Below the pieces are notes generated by a model that saw nothing but the letters and a program-made list of their open reading frames with translations, made no database searches and was not told the origin of the DNA. A stretch of DNA of 64,000 nt from an uncultured Verrucomicrobiae bacterium (lineage in GTDB: Bacteria; Verrucomicrobiota; Verrucomicrobiia; Limisphaerales; JAFGQR01), in the NCBI GenBank assembly GCA_963788655.1, contig CAWBHS010000078.1, positions 32,001 to 96,000 of the forward strand. The letters are read 5' to 3'. Shown here in pieces: positions 1-9,963 of this stretch (its first letter is position 1; each line of letters opens with the position of its first letter). The translations under genes and the position numbers were made by a program.

Positions 1-12
1 ACCTTGGTCGGA

Positions 13-72
13 GCGCGGACATTCTTGTCCGCATTCGATTGCCGCTGGGCAGGCGGACAAGAATGTCCGCGC
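13..72. repeat. REP doublet (family 1), 20-bp perfect inverted repeat
   Basis: GCGCGGACATTCTTGTCCGC (13-32) and its exact reverse complement (53-72); each arm is itself a short palindrome. Confidence 0.85.
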
Positions 73-157
73 CCCCCCGACAACAAGGGGAGCAACCGTG
101 CGGAGGGCCCCAACAAGCAAGGCTTGCGCTCCGGATTCCAATGGCTAACGTTGGCTC

Positions 158-979
158 ATGATGCTGGAAGATCACTTGGGCGACATAATTCGCAAAGCAC
201 GCACGGCGGCGAACGTGCAGGTGGAAACCGCGGCGCAGGCGGCGGGGATTTCCGCGGCCGAGTTGCAGGCACTTGAGCAGTCCGGGCAGTTTGAGAGCCA
301 GCCCAACTTGGACCCCTTGGCCGAACTGATCCACCTGAACGCGGCCAAATTAAAGGAGATTGCCGCTGGGTGGCTGCCGGCAACACCGGACCTCAGTCAA
401 TGGCGTGAACTAAGGGTTATTACCACGACCCGGGGTGGCAATACAGTCAACTGTTTCCTGGTTTGGGACGAGGTATCGCGCGAGGCGGTGTTGTTTGACA
501 CGGGATGGGAGGCGCAGCCAGTGTTTGCCCTGCTCGAAGAAAACGGATTGCAGCTTCAGCATTTGTTTTTGACGCACACCCACGAGGATCACGTAGCAGC
601 GTTGGACGAAATTCGCGCCCGGTATTCCAAGGTGCGGCTCCACAGTAATGACGCCGGCGCTCCGCCCCAGCATCGCAACCGGGCCAATGACTTTATCCAT
701 CTGGGCAGTCTGCGCATCACCAACCGCGCGACCCCGGGGCATGCGAACGACGGGGTGACCTACATAATCGGAACCTGGCCGGAGGACGCTCCGCACGTGG
801 CGATCATTGGCGATACGATCTTCGCCGGTTCGCTGGCCAATGGTTTTATTTCGACGGACCAACTGAAACAAGCGGTGCGCGAGCAAATCTTTACGTTGCC
901 GGTCGAAACGTTGCTTTGTCCGGGGCACGGTCCCCTGACGACGGTGGCCGAGGAGAAGGTGCATAATCCGTTTTTCTGA
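158..979 (+). CDS. MBL-fold metallo-hydrolase (glyoxalase II-like) with N-terminal XRE-type HTH-like domain
   Basis: THTHEDH (HxHxDH), TPGH, GDTIF, PGHGP motifs; N-terminus LGDIIRKAR...AAQAAGISAAELQALE resembles an XRE HTH. Confidence 0.85.
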   Translation: MMLEDHLGDIIRKARTAANVQVETAAQAAGISAAELQALEQSGQFESQPNLDPLAELIHLNAAKLKEIAAGWLPATPDLSQWRELRVITTTRGGNTVNCFLVWDEVSREAVLFDTGWEAQPVFALLEENGLQLQHLFLTHTHEDHVAALDEIRARYSKVRLHSNDAGAPPQHRNRANDFIHLGSLRITNRATPGHANDGVTYIIGTWPEDAPHVAIIGDTIFAGSLANGFISTDQLKQAVREQIFTLPVETLLCPGHGPLTTVAEEKVHNPFF

Positions 980-1024
980 GGCAGGGCTTACCAGTAGCAT
1001 TTTAACAAAGCTCGGGCTCAGATC

Positions 1025-1495
1025 GATACCAACTTCCCTTGCATTATCGTCGGCCCCACCGACCTCGATGGCCGTCCGCGCATCGTGGGCGGGACGATAG
1101 ACATTGGCGCCTACGAATATCAAGGCCCCGGCATCAGCGAATTCATCGGCTGGCTTTGGCAATACCGGCTGCCCACCGACGGCTCGGCCGATGCCACGGA
1201 TCCGGATCAGGACGGCCTGAACAACGGGCAGGAATGGCGGTGCGGCACCGATCCCACCAACGCGCTCTCCGTGCTGCGCCTGCTTTCGCCCGCCCCGTCC
1301 GGCACCAACGTGGACGTGACCTGGCAAAGCATGCCCGGGGTGAGCTATGCGTTGGAATGGAGCACGAACTTGGGCGTGGTTCCCGCCTTCCAGCCGCTGG
1401 CCACGAACCTCCCCGGCCAAACCTACCTGACCACTTTCACTCACACCAATGGAGCCACCGCCAGTCCGCGCTTCTACCGCATCGGCGTGCCGTAG
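1025..1495 (+). pseudogene. 5'-truncated remnant of a secreted choice-of-anchor Q-type protein with Verrucomicrobia-style C-terminal domain
   Basis: Frame reads NFPCI..TDLDGRPRIVGGTIDIGAYE, DPDQDGLNNGQEWRCGTDP, then ...FYRIGVP; in-frame stop at 995 and no signal peptide or N-terminal body. Confidence 0.65.
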
Positions 1496-1522
1496 CCACT
1501 GGTCACGCCGCAACCCAACTTT

Positions 1523-1694
1523 GGTAGGGCAAGACTCCGTCGAGCCCTGAATTCTCCGGAGGGCATTCGCAAATCCAAGACCGACCAATGGGAAATTGTC
1601 GGTGTTCGATACCCCAAAGGCTTTCCGCGGTTTCAGCTCAATGTGTTCGAAGACGATGCGGGAAAGTCAGGGCTTGACGGAGTCTCGCCCTACC
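1523..1694. repeat. REPIN (family 2, GTAG-type) copy 1
   Basis: 28-bp inverted arms GGTAGGGCAAGACTCCGTCGAGCCCTGA (1523-1550) and TCAGGGCTTGACGGAGTCTCGCCCTACC (1667-1694). Confidence 0.85.
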
Positions 1695-1803
1695 TGCTTG
1701 GTCGTTCGCAACTGTGACCTTCCGAATGCGCGGAAATCGCCGCTGTTACGCGAATCGTTATTGCTTTCTCGGCGAAAACCCAGATGCTCACGGCTTGATT
1801 CTC

Positions 1804-3303
1804 ATGAACGCAAAATTCAATAAGACCGCTCTTAGTATTCTCGGACTGGCCGTCATTTCCCTGGCTGCCGCTCAAGCACAAGCCCAACCCCAACCCGATG
1901 CCAACGGTTGGTATTCATTGTTCGACGGTCGCAGTCTTCTGGGCTGGACTGCCAGTGAACATCCGGAGTCATTCAAGGTGGTTGATGGCCGGATTGCCGG
2001 GGGCGGGCCTCGGGCGCATTTGTTTTACACCGGCGACGTGAATCGAGGCGACTTCAAGAACTTCGAGTTCACGGCTGACGTGCTCTCCCGGCCCGGCGCT
2101 AATTCGGGCATCTACTTCCACACTACGTTCCAGCCCGATGGATTTCCTCGCCAGGGATTCGAGGTTCAAATCTGCAATACGTATAAAGGCAGCGGTAATT
2201 ATCGCGAACTCAAGAAGACCGGCAGTCTTTACGGCATCCGCAACCAATACAAAACCCTGGTCAAGGACGACGAATGGTTCAACGTCCGGTTCGCGGTGCG
2301 CGGCAAGCGGGTGCAGGTGTGGATCAACAACGTTATGACTGTGGATTGGGTCGAACCGGAATCGCCGATTGTCGAGGGGCTGCGGAACCGGCGTTTGTCG
2401 CACGGCACGTTTGCGCTCCAATGTCATGATCCGGGCAGCCAGGTCTGCTTCAAGAATCTCAAGGTCAAACCGTTGCCGGACGACCTGCCGACCGAAGCCC
2501 AGCCGCCCAAAGTGGATGATGTTTACCGCCAGATTCTCGCGTTGAACCGCAGCAACTTTCCAATCATCGATTTTCACAGTCATTTGAAGGGCGGCCTGAC
2601 GATTGACGAGTTGCTGGCTCACTCGCGCGAAACCGGCATTTATTATGGCGTCGCTCCGAACTGCGGCGTCGGCTTCAGCATTACCAACGATGCGGGCATT
2701 GAGGCGTTCCTCAAGACCATGCAGGGCCAACCGGTTTTTCTGGGGATGCAGGCTGAGGGCCGCGAATGGGTCCACATGTTTTCGCCGGCGGCGGTGGCCA
2801 AATTCGATTACGTGTTCACCGATTCGATGACCTGGACCGATCAGCGCGGCAAGCGCATGCGGCTGTGGATGAAGGACGAAGTGGATGTTCCGGATAAACA
2901 AGCCTTCATGGACACGCTCGTCGAGAAAACCGTCGGTATCCTGGAGAACGAGCCGATTGACATTTATGTGAACCCCACGTTTCTGCCCGAGGTGATTGCC
3001 AAGGAATACGATACGTTGTGGACCGAAGAGCGCATGCGGAAGGTCATCACCGCCGCCGTCAAGAACGGCGTGGCCATTGAGATCAATTCGCGTTTCCAGT
3101 TGCCCAGCCCGACCTTCATCAAACTGGGCAAGAAAATGGGCGCCAAGTTCTCGTTGGGCACCAACAACGGTGACCGCGACCTGGGCCGTCTCGAACACAG
3201 CCTGCAAATGATCCGCGAATGCGGCCTGACTGCCAACGACATGTTCCTGCCCAAACCAGCCGACCAGAAGCCCGTGTTGGTGAAGGGATTTAAAAAGCAG
3301 TGA
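1804..3303 (+). CDS. Secreted DUF1080 (3-keto-glycoside hydrolase-like) domain fused to a PHP-like domain
   Basis: Signal peptide; SLFDGRSLLGW, NSGIYFH, GSLYG, ALQCHD, FKNLKVK (DUF1080); C-terminal DFHSHLKGG and AIEINS (PHP-like). Confidence 0.8.
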   Translation: MNAKFNKTALSILGLAVISLAAAQAQAQPQPDANGWYSLFDGRSLLGWTASEHPESFKVVDGRIAGGGPRAHLFYTGDVNRGDFKNFEFTADVLSRPGANSGIYFHTTFQPDGFPRQGFEVQICNTYKGSGNYRELKKTGSLYGIRNQYKTLVKDDEWFNVRFAVRGKRVQVWINNVMTVDWVEPESPIVEGLRNRRLSHGTFALQCHDPGSQVCFKNLKVKPLPDDLPTEAQPPKVDDVYRQILALNRSNFPIIDFHSHLKGGLTIDELLAHSRETGIYYGVAPNCGVGFSITNDAGIEAFLKTMQGQPVFLGMQAEGREWVHMFSPAAVAKFDYVFTDSMTWTDQRGKRMRLWMKDEVDVPDKQAFMDTLVEKTVGILENEPIDIYVNPTFLPEVIAKEYDTLWTEERMRKVITAAVKNGVAIEINSRFQLPSPTFIKLGKKMGAKFSLGTNNGDRDLGRLEHSLQMIRECGLTANDMFLPKPADQKPVLVKGFKKQ

Positions 3304-3313
3304 AGGGCATGGC

Positions 3314-3475
3314 AAGGACCAATGGCCAAATCCCAATGACCAGAGAATGAGGAAATCCCAATGACCAGTTGCGTGTCGGCAGGGTGTTGAGATTTGGACT
3401 TGGGCTTGGGTTTTTGGGCATTCCGTGGTGCTTGGACATTGGACATTGGACATTGGACATTGGTCCCTGGACATT
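3314..3475. repeat. Heptamer-repeat imperfect inverted element
   Basis: Left arm CCAATGA/CCAATGG units; right arm (TTGGACA)x4 at 3432-3459 plus degenerate copies. Confidence 0.75.
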
Positions 3476-3537
3476 CTTCAAACCTAACGCCCCAGTTTTT
3501 GATTGGGGCCACAAGGTTTTTGCGGCTTAATCGCCGC

Positions 3538-4422
3538 ATGCATTGGCAGAAAGTCACGCTGGTTGGCGTCGGATTGCTGGGAGGCTCGCTGGGCCTGGCC
3601 CTCAAGCAACGCGGTCTGGCGCGTACGGTGGCCGGTTACGTCCGCCGCGAAGCCAGTGTTGCGGAATGCCTGCAAAAAGGCGTCGCTGACGACGTCGGCT
3701 TGGATTTGCTGCGGGCGGCTGCGGACGCGGATCTCGTCGTCCTCTGCACGCCGATCGCGCAAATGCACAGCCTGACCGAACGTCTGCTGCCCGCGCTCAA
3801 AGCGGGCGCAATCATTACCGACGTGGGTAGCGTGAAAGGCAGTGTGGTGCGCGCGCTCGAAGCGCCGGTGGCCGGCGCCGGTGGCCACTTCATCGGCAGC
3901 CATCCAATGGCGGGCGCGGAAAAAATGGGCGTCAACGCCGCGCGAGCGGATTTATTCGAAGGCGCCGCGTGTGTGGTGACGCCTACGGCCCAATCGCGCC
4001 CCGACTGCGTTCGCCGGCTGACGGAATTCTGGCGAAGTGTCGGCGCGGCACCCTTGGAAATGAGCCCCGAACGCCACGATGAATTGGTCAGCCGATCCAG
4101 TCACTTGCCCCATTTTGTGGCGGCGGCGCTGGCCAATTATGTGTTGGACGCGGCGAGCGCGAAGGAACAGTCCCTTTTGTGCGCCACCGGATTTCGCGAC
4201 ACCACGCGCATTGCCTCCGGCTCGCCGGAAATGTGGCGGGACATCGCGCAGGCCAACGCGCATAATCTGTCCCGCGCTTTGGACGATTTCATCAAGCAAT
4301 TGCAGCGGCTGCGCGAAACGTTGGGCAATGGTAACAGTAACGATGTGATTAAGTTCCTGGAAGACGCCAAAACACGTCGCGACGCCTGGTGCAAACAAAC
4401 GACCTCGCGCTCTTCCGAATGA
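3538..4422 (+). CDS. tyrA: Prephenate/arogenate dehydrogenase
   Basis: GVGLLGGS Rossmann motif, DVGSVK, HPMAG, HDELVSRSSHLPH, FRDTTRIASGSPEMW; sits before aroA-cmk. Confidence 0.93.
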   Translation: MHWQKVTLVGVGLLGGSLGLALKQRGLARTVAGYVRREASVAECLQKGVADDVGLDLLRAAADADLVVLCTPIAQMHSLTERLLPALKAGAIITDVGSVKGSVVRALEAPVAGAGGHFIGSHPMAGAEKMGVNAARADLFEGAACVVTPTAQSRPDCVRRLTEFWRSVGAAPLEMSPERHDELVSRSSHLPHFVAAALANYVLDAASAKEQSLLCATGFRDTTRIASGSPEMWRDIAQANAHNLSRALDDFIKQLQRLRETLGNGNSNDVIKFLEDAKTRRDAWCKQTTSRSSE

Positions 4423-4444
4423 ATGCGGCTCACTGACTATTGTC

Positions 4445-5728
4445 ATGCCCCTGCCTGACGTAATTGAAATCGTTCCCATGGCCTCGCCCGTGAACGCGGT
4501 GGTCACCGTGCCGGGTTCGAAGGGCCTCACCCACCGTGCGCTCGTGCTGGCCGCGTTGGGGGAGGGCGAAACCATCCTGGGCGGTGCGTTGTGGAGCGAA
4601 GACACGCAGGTCATGGTGGATTGCTTACGAACGCTGGGTTTCATGATCAACGTGGTGCCGGCCCCCGAAGAGCCGGGCAACCGGATCATCACTGTTTATG
4701 GCCGGGGCGGCAACGTGGGTTCGGGCGGTACGCTTGATAATCCGCTGGAATTGGACGTCGGCAACGCCGGCTCGGCGGCGCGCTTTTTGACCGCGATGGT
4801 TTGTCTGGGGCAGGGTGTCTATCGGTTGCAGGGCGGGCCTCGGATGCACGAGCGCCCTCAGGAGGCGCTCTTTGATGCCCTGCGCGAACTGGGCTATTGC
4901 ATCGACTCCGTCAACAGCCGGTTGCCCGCCGATGTGCATGGTGGCGGTTCGCGTGACGGCGCCTGTTGCGTCAGCATTGAAGCAAGCTCCCAATTTGCGT
5001 CCGCCTTGCTGCTGTGCGGGCTCACGGGCGGTTGGCACGTCAATATTGTCGGCGCCAATCCCGAGGAATTAACCGACGTACGAATGACCAGTCAACTGCT
5101 GCGAGCGTTTCCTCGTTTTGGCGGCAGCTTTGCGGTTGAGCCGGATGCGTCCAATGGTAGCTATTTCTGGGCGGCCAACGCGCTGCAGCCGTCCGTGGCG
5201 GAAGCCCCGCGGCACATCCGCGTGGCTGACTGGCCGCAGTCCGGCTGGCAGCTTGACGCGCGCTTCCCGGACTGCCTGCCGCTGCCCAAAGAATTGTCGC
5301 GGCAAACCGATTTGGGCGACAGCATTATGACGGCGATGATCCTGGCGCCGTTTGCCGCGCATCCGGTTCGCTTCAATGATTTGGGACGCCTGCGAGTGCA
5401 GGAGTGCGAACGGGTCAAAGCCATGCGTGCCGAGTTGGTGAAGTGCGGTGCCAGCGTTCACGAGAGCGGCGACACCCTGGAGATTCGCCCGTCCAAATTG
5501 CGCGGCGCCCAAATTAAGTCGCACGATGACCACCGCGTGGCGATGTGTTTTTCGATTCTGGGATTGAAAGTTCCCGGCTTGAAAATCAAGAATCCCGCGT
5601 GCGTCAAAACGACGTTTCCCAATTTCTATCAGAAACTCGCTGCGCCCCCGCCGGATGGTTTGGGGGTAACTCTATTGGAACCTGCCACCAACAAGCCTCT
5701 GGCGGCCGCCGAACTCATGGCCGAATGA
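4445..5728 (+). CDS. aroA: 3-phosphoshikimate 1-carboxyvinyltransferase (EPSP synthase), divergent
   Basis: PGSKxLTHRAL, GNAGSAARF, RMHERP, SSQF, DDHRVAM, FPNF motifs; between tyrA and cmk. Confidence 0.88.
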   Translation: MPLPDVIEIVPMASPVNAVVTVPGSKGLTHRALVLAALGEGETILGGALWSEDTQVMVDCLRTLGFMINVVPAPEEPGNRIITVYGRGGNVGSGGTLDNPLELDVGNAGSAARFLTAMVCLGQGVYRLQGGPRMHERPQEALFDALRELGYCIDSVNSRLPADVHGGGSRDGACCVSIEASSQFASALLLCGLTGGWHVNIVGANPEELTDVRMTSQLLRAFPRFGGSFAVEPDASNGSYFWAANALQPSVAEAPRHIRVADWPQSGWQLDARFPDCLPLPKELSRQTDLGDSIMTAMILAPFAAHPVRFNDLGRLRVQECERVKAMRAELVKCGASVHESGDTLEIRPSKLRGAQIKSHDDHRVAMCFSILGLKVPGLKIKNPACVKTTFPNFYQKLAAPPPDGLGVTLLEPATNKPLAAAELMAE

Positions 5729-5750
5729 CCGCCACGTTCTTTTCTCGCTC

Positions 5751-6458
5751 ATGCCCAAAACCAAACGTCCCAATGTAATTGCCATCGATGGCACGAGCGC
5801 CAGTGGCAAGAGCACCAACGCCAAACTGGTCGCCCAGGCCCTCGGCTACGTTTATGTCGATACCGGCGCCATGTATCGAACGCTGGCCTGGTATTGCCTG
5901 AAAAAGAGCGTCGATATTCATAACGCCAGGTCCGTGGCCAATCTGTGTCGCCGCTGGAAAACGAAGCTCGTTTGTGTGGACGGCGAGTTCCAGCAGGCGC
6001 GGCTCCTGGTTGATGATTACTACCCGGAAAAGGAGATCCGCACGGCCGAAACCAGCGCGGTCGTTCCCCACGTGGCGGCGGTGCCGGCGGTGCGCAAATG
6101 GATGAAGAACAAACAGCGCGAGTGCATCCAGTTCGGTAACCTGGTGATGGAGGGGCGCGACATTGGCACGAACGTATTCCCGGAAACTGACTTCAAGTTT
6201 TATCTCGACGCCTCACTGGATGAGCGCTCGCGCCGCCGGGAAGCGGAGGGTGTCCGCGAGAATCTCGCCGCGCGTGATCAGCGCGACAGCCAGCGGGCCG
6301 CGGCGCCGTTGATGATTCCGTTGGGAGCAATGGTGATCAACAATTCGGGCCAGACCGCCCCACAAACCAGCCGGCAAATCATCGACGAAATTCGGCGGCG
6401 GCTCAAGGAACGCGAAGACCGTGAGTTGCTGGCCGGAGCCAAACCCCGCTGGGATTGA
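5751..6458 (+). CDS. cmk: Cytidylate kinase
   Basis: IAIDGTSASGKST, DTGAMYR, MEGRDIGT, RDQRDSQRAAAPL. Confidence 0.95.
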   Translation: MPKTKRPNVIAIDGTSASGKSTNAKLVAQALGYVYVDTGAMYRTLAWYCLKKSVDIHNARSVANLCRRWKTKLVCVDGEFQQARLLVDDYYPEKEIRTAETSAVVPHVAAVPAVRKWMKNKQRECIQFGNLVMEGRDIGTNVFPETDFKFYLDASLDERSRRREAEGVRENLAARDQRDSQRAAAPLMIPLGAMVINNSGQTAPQTSRQIIDEIRRRLKEREDRELLAGAKPRWD

Positions 6459-6468
6459 CCGTAGCCCC

Positions 6469-7164
6469 ATGGCGAACTCCCAGGCCACGCGTCGGCCACC
6501 CCTCGGCCCGATGAACTTCAGCTACCGGCTGGGGTATCATGCCTTCCGGACACTCTACGCCACGTGGTTTCATTGGCGCGTGTTCAATCCGGAACGTGTG
6601 CCCGCCAGCGGCCCGGTGATCCTCGCGTCCAACCACGCCAGCTTTCTCGATCCGCCGCTGATCGGCTCCGGCATTCGGCGCATGGTCAATTACCTCGCGC
6701 GCGACACGCTGTTCGACGTGCCGGTGGTGGGCGCCTTGTTGCGCAGTTGGCGGGTGGTGCCGGTGGACCGCGAGGGCGGCGGCGCGGCCGGATTAAAAGG
6801 GATCATGGACCGCCTGCGCCACGGCGGGATCATTTTGCTGTTTCCCGAAGGCACCCGCACGCGGGATGGCCAATTGCGGGCCGCCAAATCCGGCGTCGGC
6901 CTGGTGGTCATTAAATCCGCCGCGCCGGTGGTGCCGGTGCGGGTGTTCGGCACCTACGAAGCTTACGGACGGCATCGGCACTGGCCCCGGCCCCGGCGGG
7001 TGGCGGTGAAATATGGTGTGCCGCTCGATTTCAAAATGTGGCGCGCCGAAGCGCAAACCTGTTCGAAAACGCGCCTCAAAGAGATTTACCAGGAAGTGTC
7101 CGACCAGATCATGGCCGCCATTGCGAAGCTGGAACCGTGCAAAGATGTGCGGACGTTTCCTTGA
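6469..7164 (+). CDS. plsC: 1-acyl-sn-glycerol-3-phosphate acyltransferase
   Basis: NHASFLD and FPEGTR motifs; follows cmk; start may be at 6469 or 6511. Confidence 0.88.
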   Translation: MANSQATRRPPLGPMNFSYRLGYHAFRTLYATWFHWRVFNPERVPASGPVILASNHASFLDPPLIGSGIRRMVNYLARDTLFDVPVVGALLRSWRVVPVDREGGGAAGLKGIMDRLRHGGIILLFPEGTRTRDGQLRAAKSGVGLVVIKSAAPVVPVRVFGTYEAYGRHRHWPRPRRVAVKYGVPLDFKMWRAEAQTCSKTRLKEIYQEVSDQIMAAIAKLEPCKDVRTFP

Positions 7165-7288
7165 GGGGAAGACGCGCCCCAATCCGGCAGAGACTCTGAC
7201 TTTCTTGGTTGGTCAGCGTGCCTTGGCTGGCTTGCTGGACGAGGCATCCTGCCCGGCCCACACCCGGTCGCAACTCGTTTGATACGAT

Positions 7289-7777
7289 TCAGGTTTGAGC
7301 GGCTTCGTCAGGGGATTTGCCCAAGCCAGCCCAAAGGCGTTTGAAGCTTGGTTCGTCCAGCGCCGCTGATTTGATGGCGTCGGCATCACCCAATTCGATG
7401 GCGCGATCCAACCAGTTCCAGGCTCCCGCCACGTCGCCCGATTCACCGGCATAGCAGGCCAGATTGTAAGCAATGCGCCAATCCTGAGGGAACCGTTTGG
7501 CGGCGGGCAGCAGCCCCAGCCAGGCTTCCCGGATGCGGCCCATCTGGTGCCACGCAAAGGAACGGTAGATCCAGCCGATTGGCTCCTGAGGCAGCGCGGC
7601 GATCAGGGCTTGGGCGGTGGAACAGGCCGAGGGCCATTGGCGATTGCGCACATTGATTTCCCAATGCACAAGGAGCACATGGGGATGAAAGGCCGGAGGC
7701 AACGCCGTCTTGCCGGGAACTTCGGTTTCTTCCGGCGCCGAATTGAGTTTGGATACATCGTCTGAGTTTGTTTCCAT
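7289..7777 (-). CDS. TPR-like protein
   Basis: YNLACYA, AWNWLDRAIELG, ALDEPSF pattern of TPR-end domains. Confidence 0.7.
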   Translation of the reverse strand: METNSDDVSKLNSAPEETEVPGKTALPPAFHPHVLLVHWEINVRNRQWPSACSTAQALIAALPQEPIGWIYRSFAWHQMGRIREAWLGLLPAAKRFPQDWRIAYNLACYAGESGDVAGAWNWLDRAIELGDADAIKSAALDEPSFKRLWAGLGKSPDEAAQT

Positions 7778-8027
7778 AGCTGAATTATGCTGGAACGTTC
7801 GCTCACTTCTTGGCCCTTGTCTGTGGCGGAAATTACCTTTGCCCGTCTCCGTAATCTTACGAAGGCTGCCAGGGGGAAATTGTAATCTCATCGCGCCATC
7901 TTTGGCGAAAACAGCGCGTGGGGTGGGAAGCCGCTCGTTGCGCAGGGCGCAATGAATTGCTGTGCCGGGTGCTTTACTGATGAGAGCTTGGGATGGACGA
8001 CGCATGGTGACATTCAATCGGCTCGTT

Positions 8028-8163
8028 CTCCCTCACCCTAACCCTCTCCCCAAGGAGAGGGAACCGATGGAGGTGCCGCTACGGAAACCAAGGGACATCG
8101 TGTTTTCAGAAGACCGGTCATCGATTCTCCCTCTCCCGGGGGGAGAGGGCCGGGGTGAGGGGG
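8028..8163. repeat. REPIN (family 3, CCCTCACCC/CCCTCTCCC type)
   Basis: CCCTCACCCTAACCCTCTCCCCAAGGAGAGGG ... CCCTCTCCCGGGGGGAGAGGGCCGGGGTGAGGG as inverted arms. Confidence 0.85.
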
Positions 8164-8327
8164 AAACAAAACCATCGGTTAATCCAAAGTGTATTCCATC
8201 CAGTCAACTGCTCAGTAACCGTTCATGTTTGGTCGGTTGAAAGTTCCAGATGCGCGGCACTCACCATGCCTCGCGCAAACTGACTGCGCAAACACCGGTT
8301 GCCTTCCAACGATTATCGGCGTTGCGG

Positions 8328-9549
8328 TCATTTGGAGAGGCTTGTTGAAGCAGCGGGGGAGTTTGTGGTTCGTCGCCAGGCGGCAAACTTGATCGTAAAC
8401 GGCGGCTCAGAACCGGTGGTATAGACCACGGAATGTTGTATCATCGCGGAGGAAGTGACGAGCGCGTTGAGGTTGATGCCGAGCTGGGGATTGGCGAGCC
8501 GGTCGCCCGACTCGTCCAGCCATGGCCAGGGCGCGGACCATTGCCCATCGATCATTTCCCGGCAGGTTACGACGTGCTTGGCGGTGTCGAGCCACGTCAC
8601 GATCAGACTGTTGGGGCCGGTCACGGTTATCGCGGTGTGCCCGCTGCCGGAGCCGGTCAGCTTGAACTCCGCGCCCCAGCCGGTTTGGGAGTCGCGCTTC
8701 CGGTAGCGAATGGTTCCGCCGCCGAAGACCAGGTGAACGTCATCGCCATCGGCCGCCAAGCTGTAGAGGCCATAGCCGGAGTGCGAATGGGTGACCGCCT
8801 CCTCCGCGTCCCAGGACTGCCCGTTCCACTCCCGGCCATAGTAGCCGTCGTCCAGCAGGTTCCGGTTGTAAACCCAGAACGTTTTGCCGTTCGTCAGTGG
8901 CACGCCGACCGGGTCCGGGTAGGCGGTCGTGTTGTCATCAACCAGAATACAGGGAAAGCCCGGAGCAGTCTGCCACGCCCCGTTGCTTTGGACGGATTTG
9001 GTGACGACGGCATCGTAGGGTGCCTGGTTGAATCCGCCATCATAAACCATGAAGGCGATCCACGGCACACCGGAAGAACCCACGATCAGCTTCGGATACA
9101 TCACATTCTTGCCCTTGGGCACCTTGTAGGCGGTCTGTTCCTCCGTTGCCCAGGTGATGGTCCCGTCCCGTTGCGGAGTGCCGCTTCGGTAAACCACGTC
9201 CTCGCCTTCACTGGCGGCGCAATGCGCGTAATGAATCCGGGTGCCATCAGTACCAGCAGCCGAACCGGTGCCCCAGAGAAGCACCCTTCCGCACGAGCAG
9301 CGGCTCGCTCCAGCGGACGCCATCCGCACTCGTCCGGCACACCGCGTCGCGACCATCCGAGTAAAAGACCCAGAACAATCCGGCCATGCAGAACAGCTTC
9401 CGTTGCTTGGGATAATTGACGGCCCAGCCGTTCTTGGTCGGCACGGTGCAGACTTTGGATTGGATGACCTCCACTTCCGAACGCACGGGCCCGCACCCCC
9501 AAGCGAGCACACAAAGAATGGCAGCCGCACGCATCATTGGGGGGGACAC
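8328..9549 (-). CDS. Secreted beta-propeller (BNR/Asp-box-like) protein, split by a frameshift near 9250
   Basis: ORF 9247-9549 has a signal peptide and SADGVRW Asp-box; it joins ORF 8328-9530 at ...GCWY/DGTRIHYAH. Confidence 0.65.
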
Positions 9550-9563
9550 GCGGCTTTCTTTCC

Positions 9564-9658
9564 GCCCAACGAGATCACCGATAACGGCCCTCTCTAAAAA
9601 CCTTCAAACTGCTGTCTGGCGTGGCTGAACTGTTATTCGGTGAATCGCATTTCTTCGC
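9564..9658 (-). other. Vestigial attC site
   Basis: Minus strand ends GTTGGGC; stem TCACCGAATAAC/GTTATCGGTGA with one extra base; R'' end eroded. Confidence 0.5.
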
Positions 9659-9666
9659 TTCGGTGG

Positions 9667-9963
9667 TCATGGCGAAAACCTTTTGAGTCCTAAATTCGGA
9701 GTACGGCGGTCATGACGGAGCACCCACCCCCGTATGCACTTCGCCTGAATGTCGTAAAGGAAATGATAGGGGAACCGGTCAAGATTACAGCGACGATGCC
9801 CGCTTCGATCAAAGTGGAAATACGTTGGGTTCTCGATGGCCTTGCCAATCCCGACCTGGAACTCCGCGAAGAAGTCGTCTCCAAGCTGCGGCGATATTTG
9901 ATAATACTTTTTGAGGATTCGGTCCAAATCCACCTGAACTCGCCTGTGAAACCTAGCTTCCAC
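9667..9963 (-). CDS. Type II toxin, RelE/ParE family (cassette-borne)
   Basis: 98 aa, RRCNLDRFPYHFLY...VLRHDRRTP; overlaps the upstream antitoxin gene. Confidence 0.85.
   Translation of the reverse strand: MEARFHRRVQVDLDRILKKYYQISPQLGDDFFAEFQVGIGKAIENPTYFHFDRSGHRRCNLDRFPYHFLYDIQAKCIRGWVLRHDRRTPNLGLKRFSP

Noticed and set aside
3290..3537. Short ORFs and N-terminal extensions over repeats (e.g. 3290-3514, 3394 start of tyrA, 15685 start of the halogenase-like gene, 58889-59251)
   Set aside because: These are translations of heptamer or REP DNA; better starts exist downstream.
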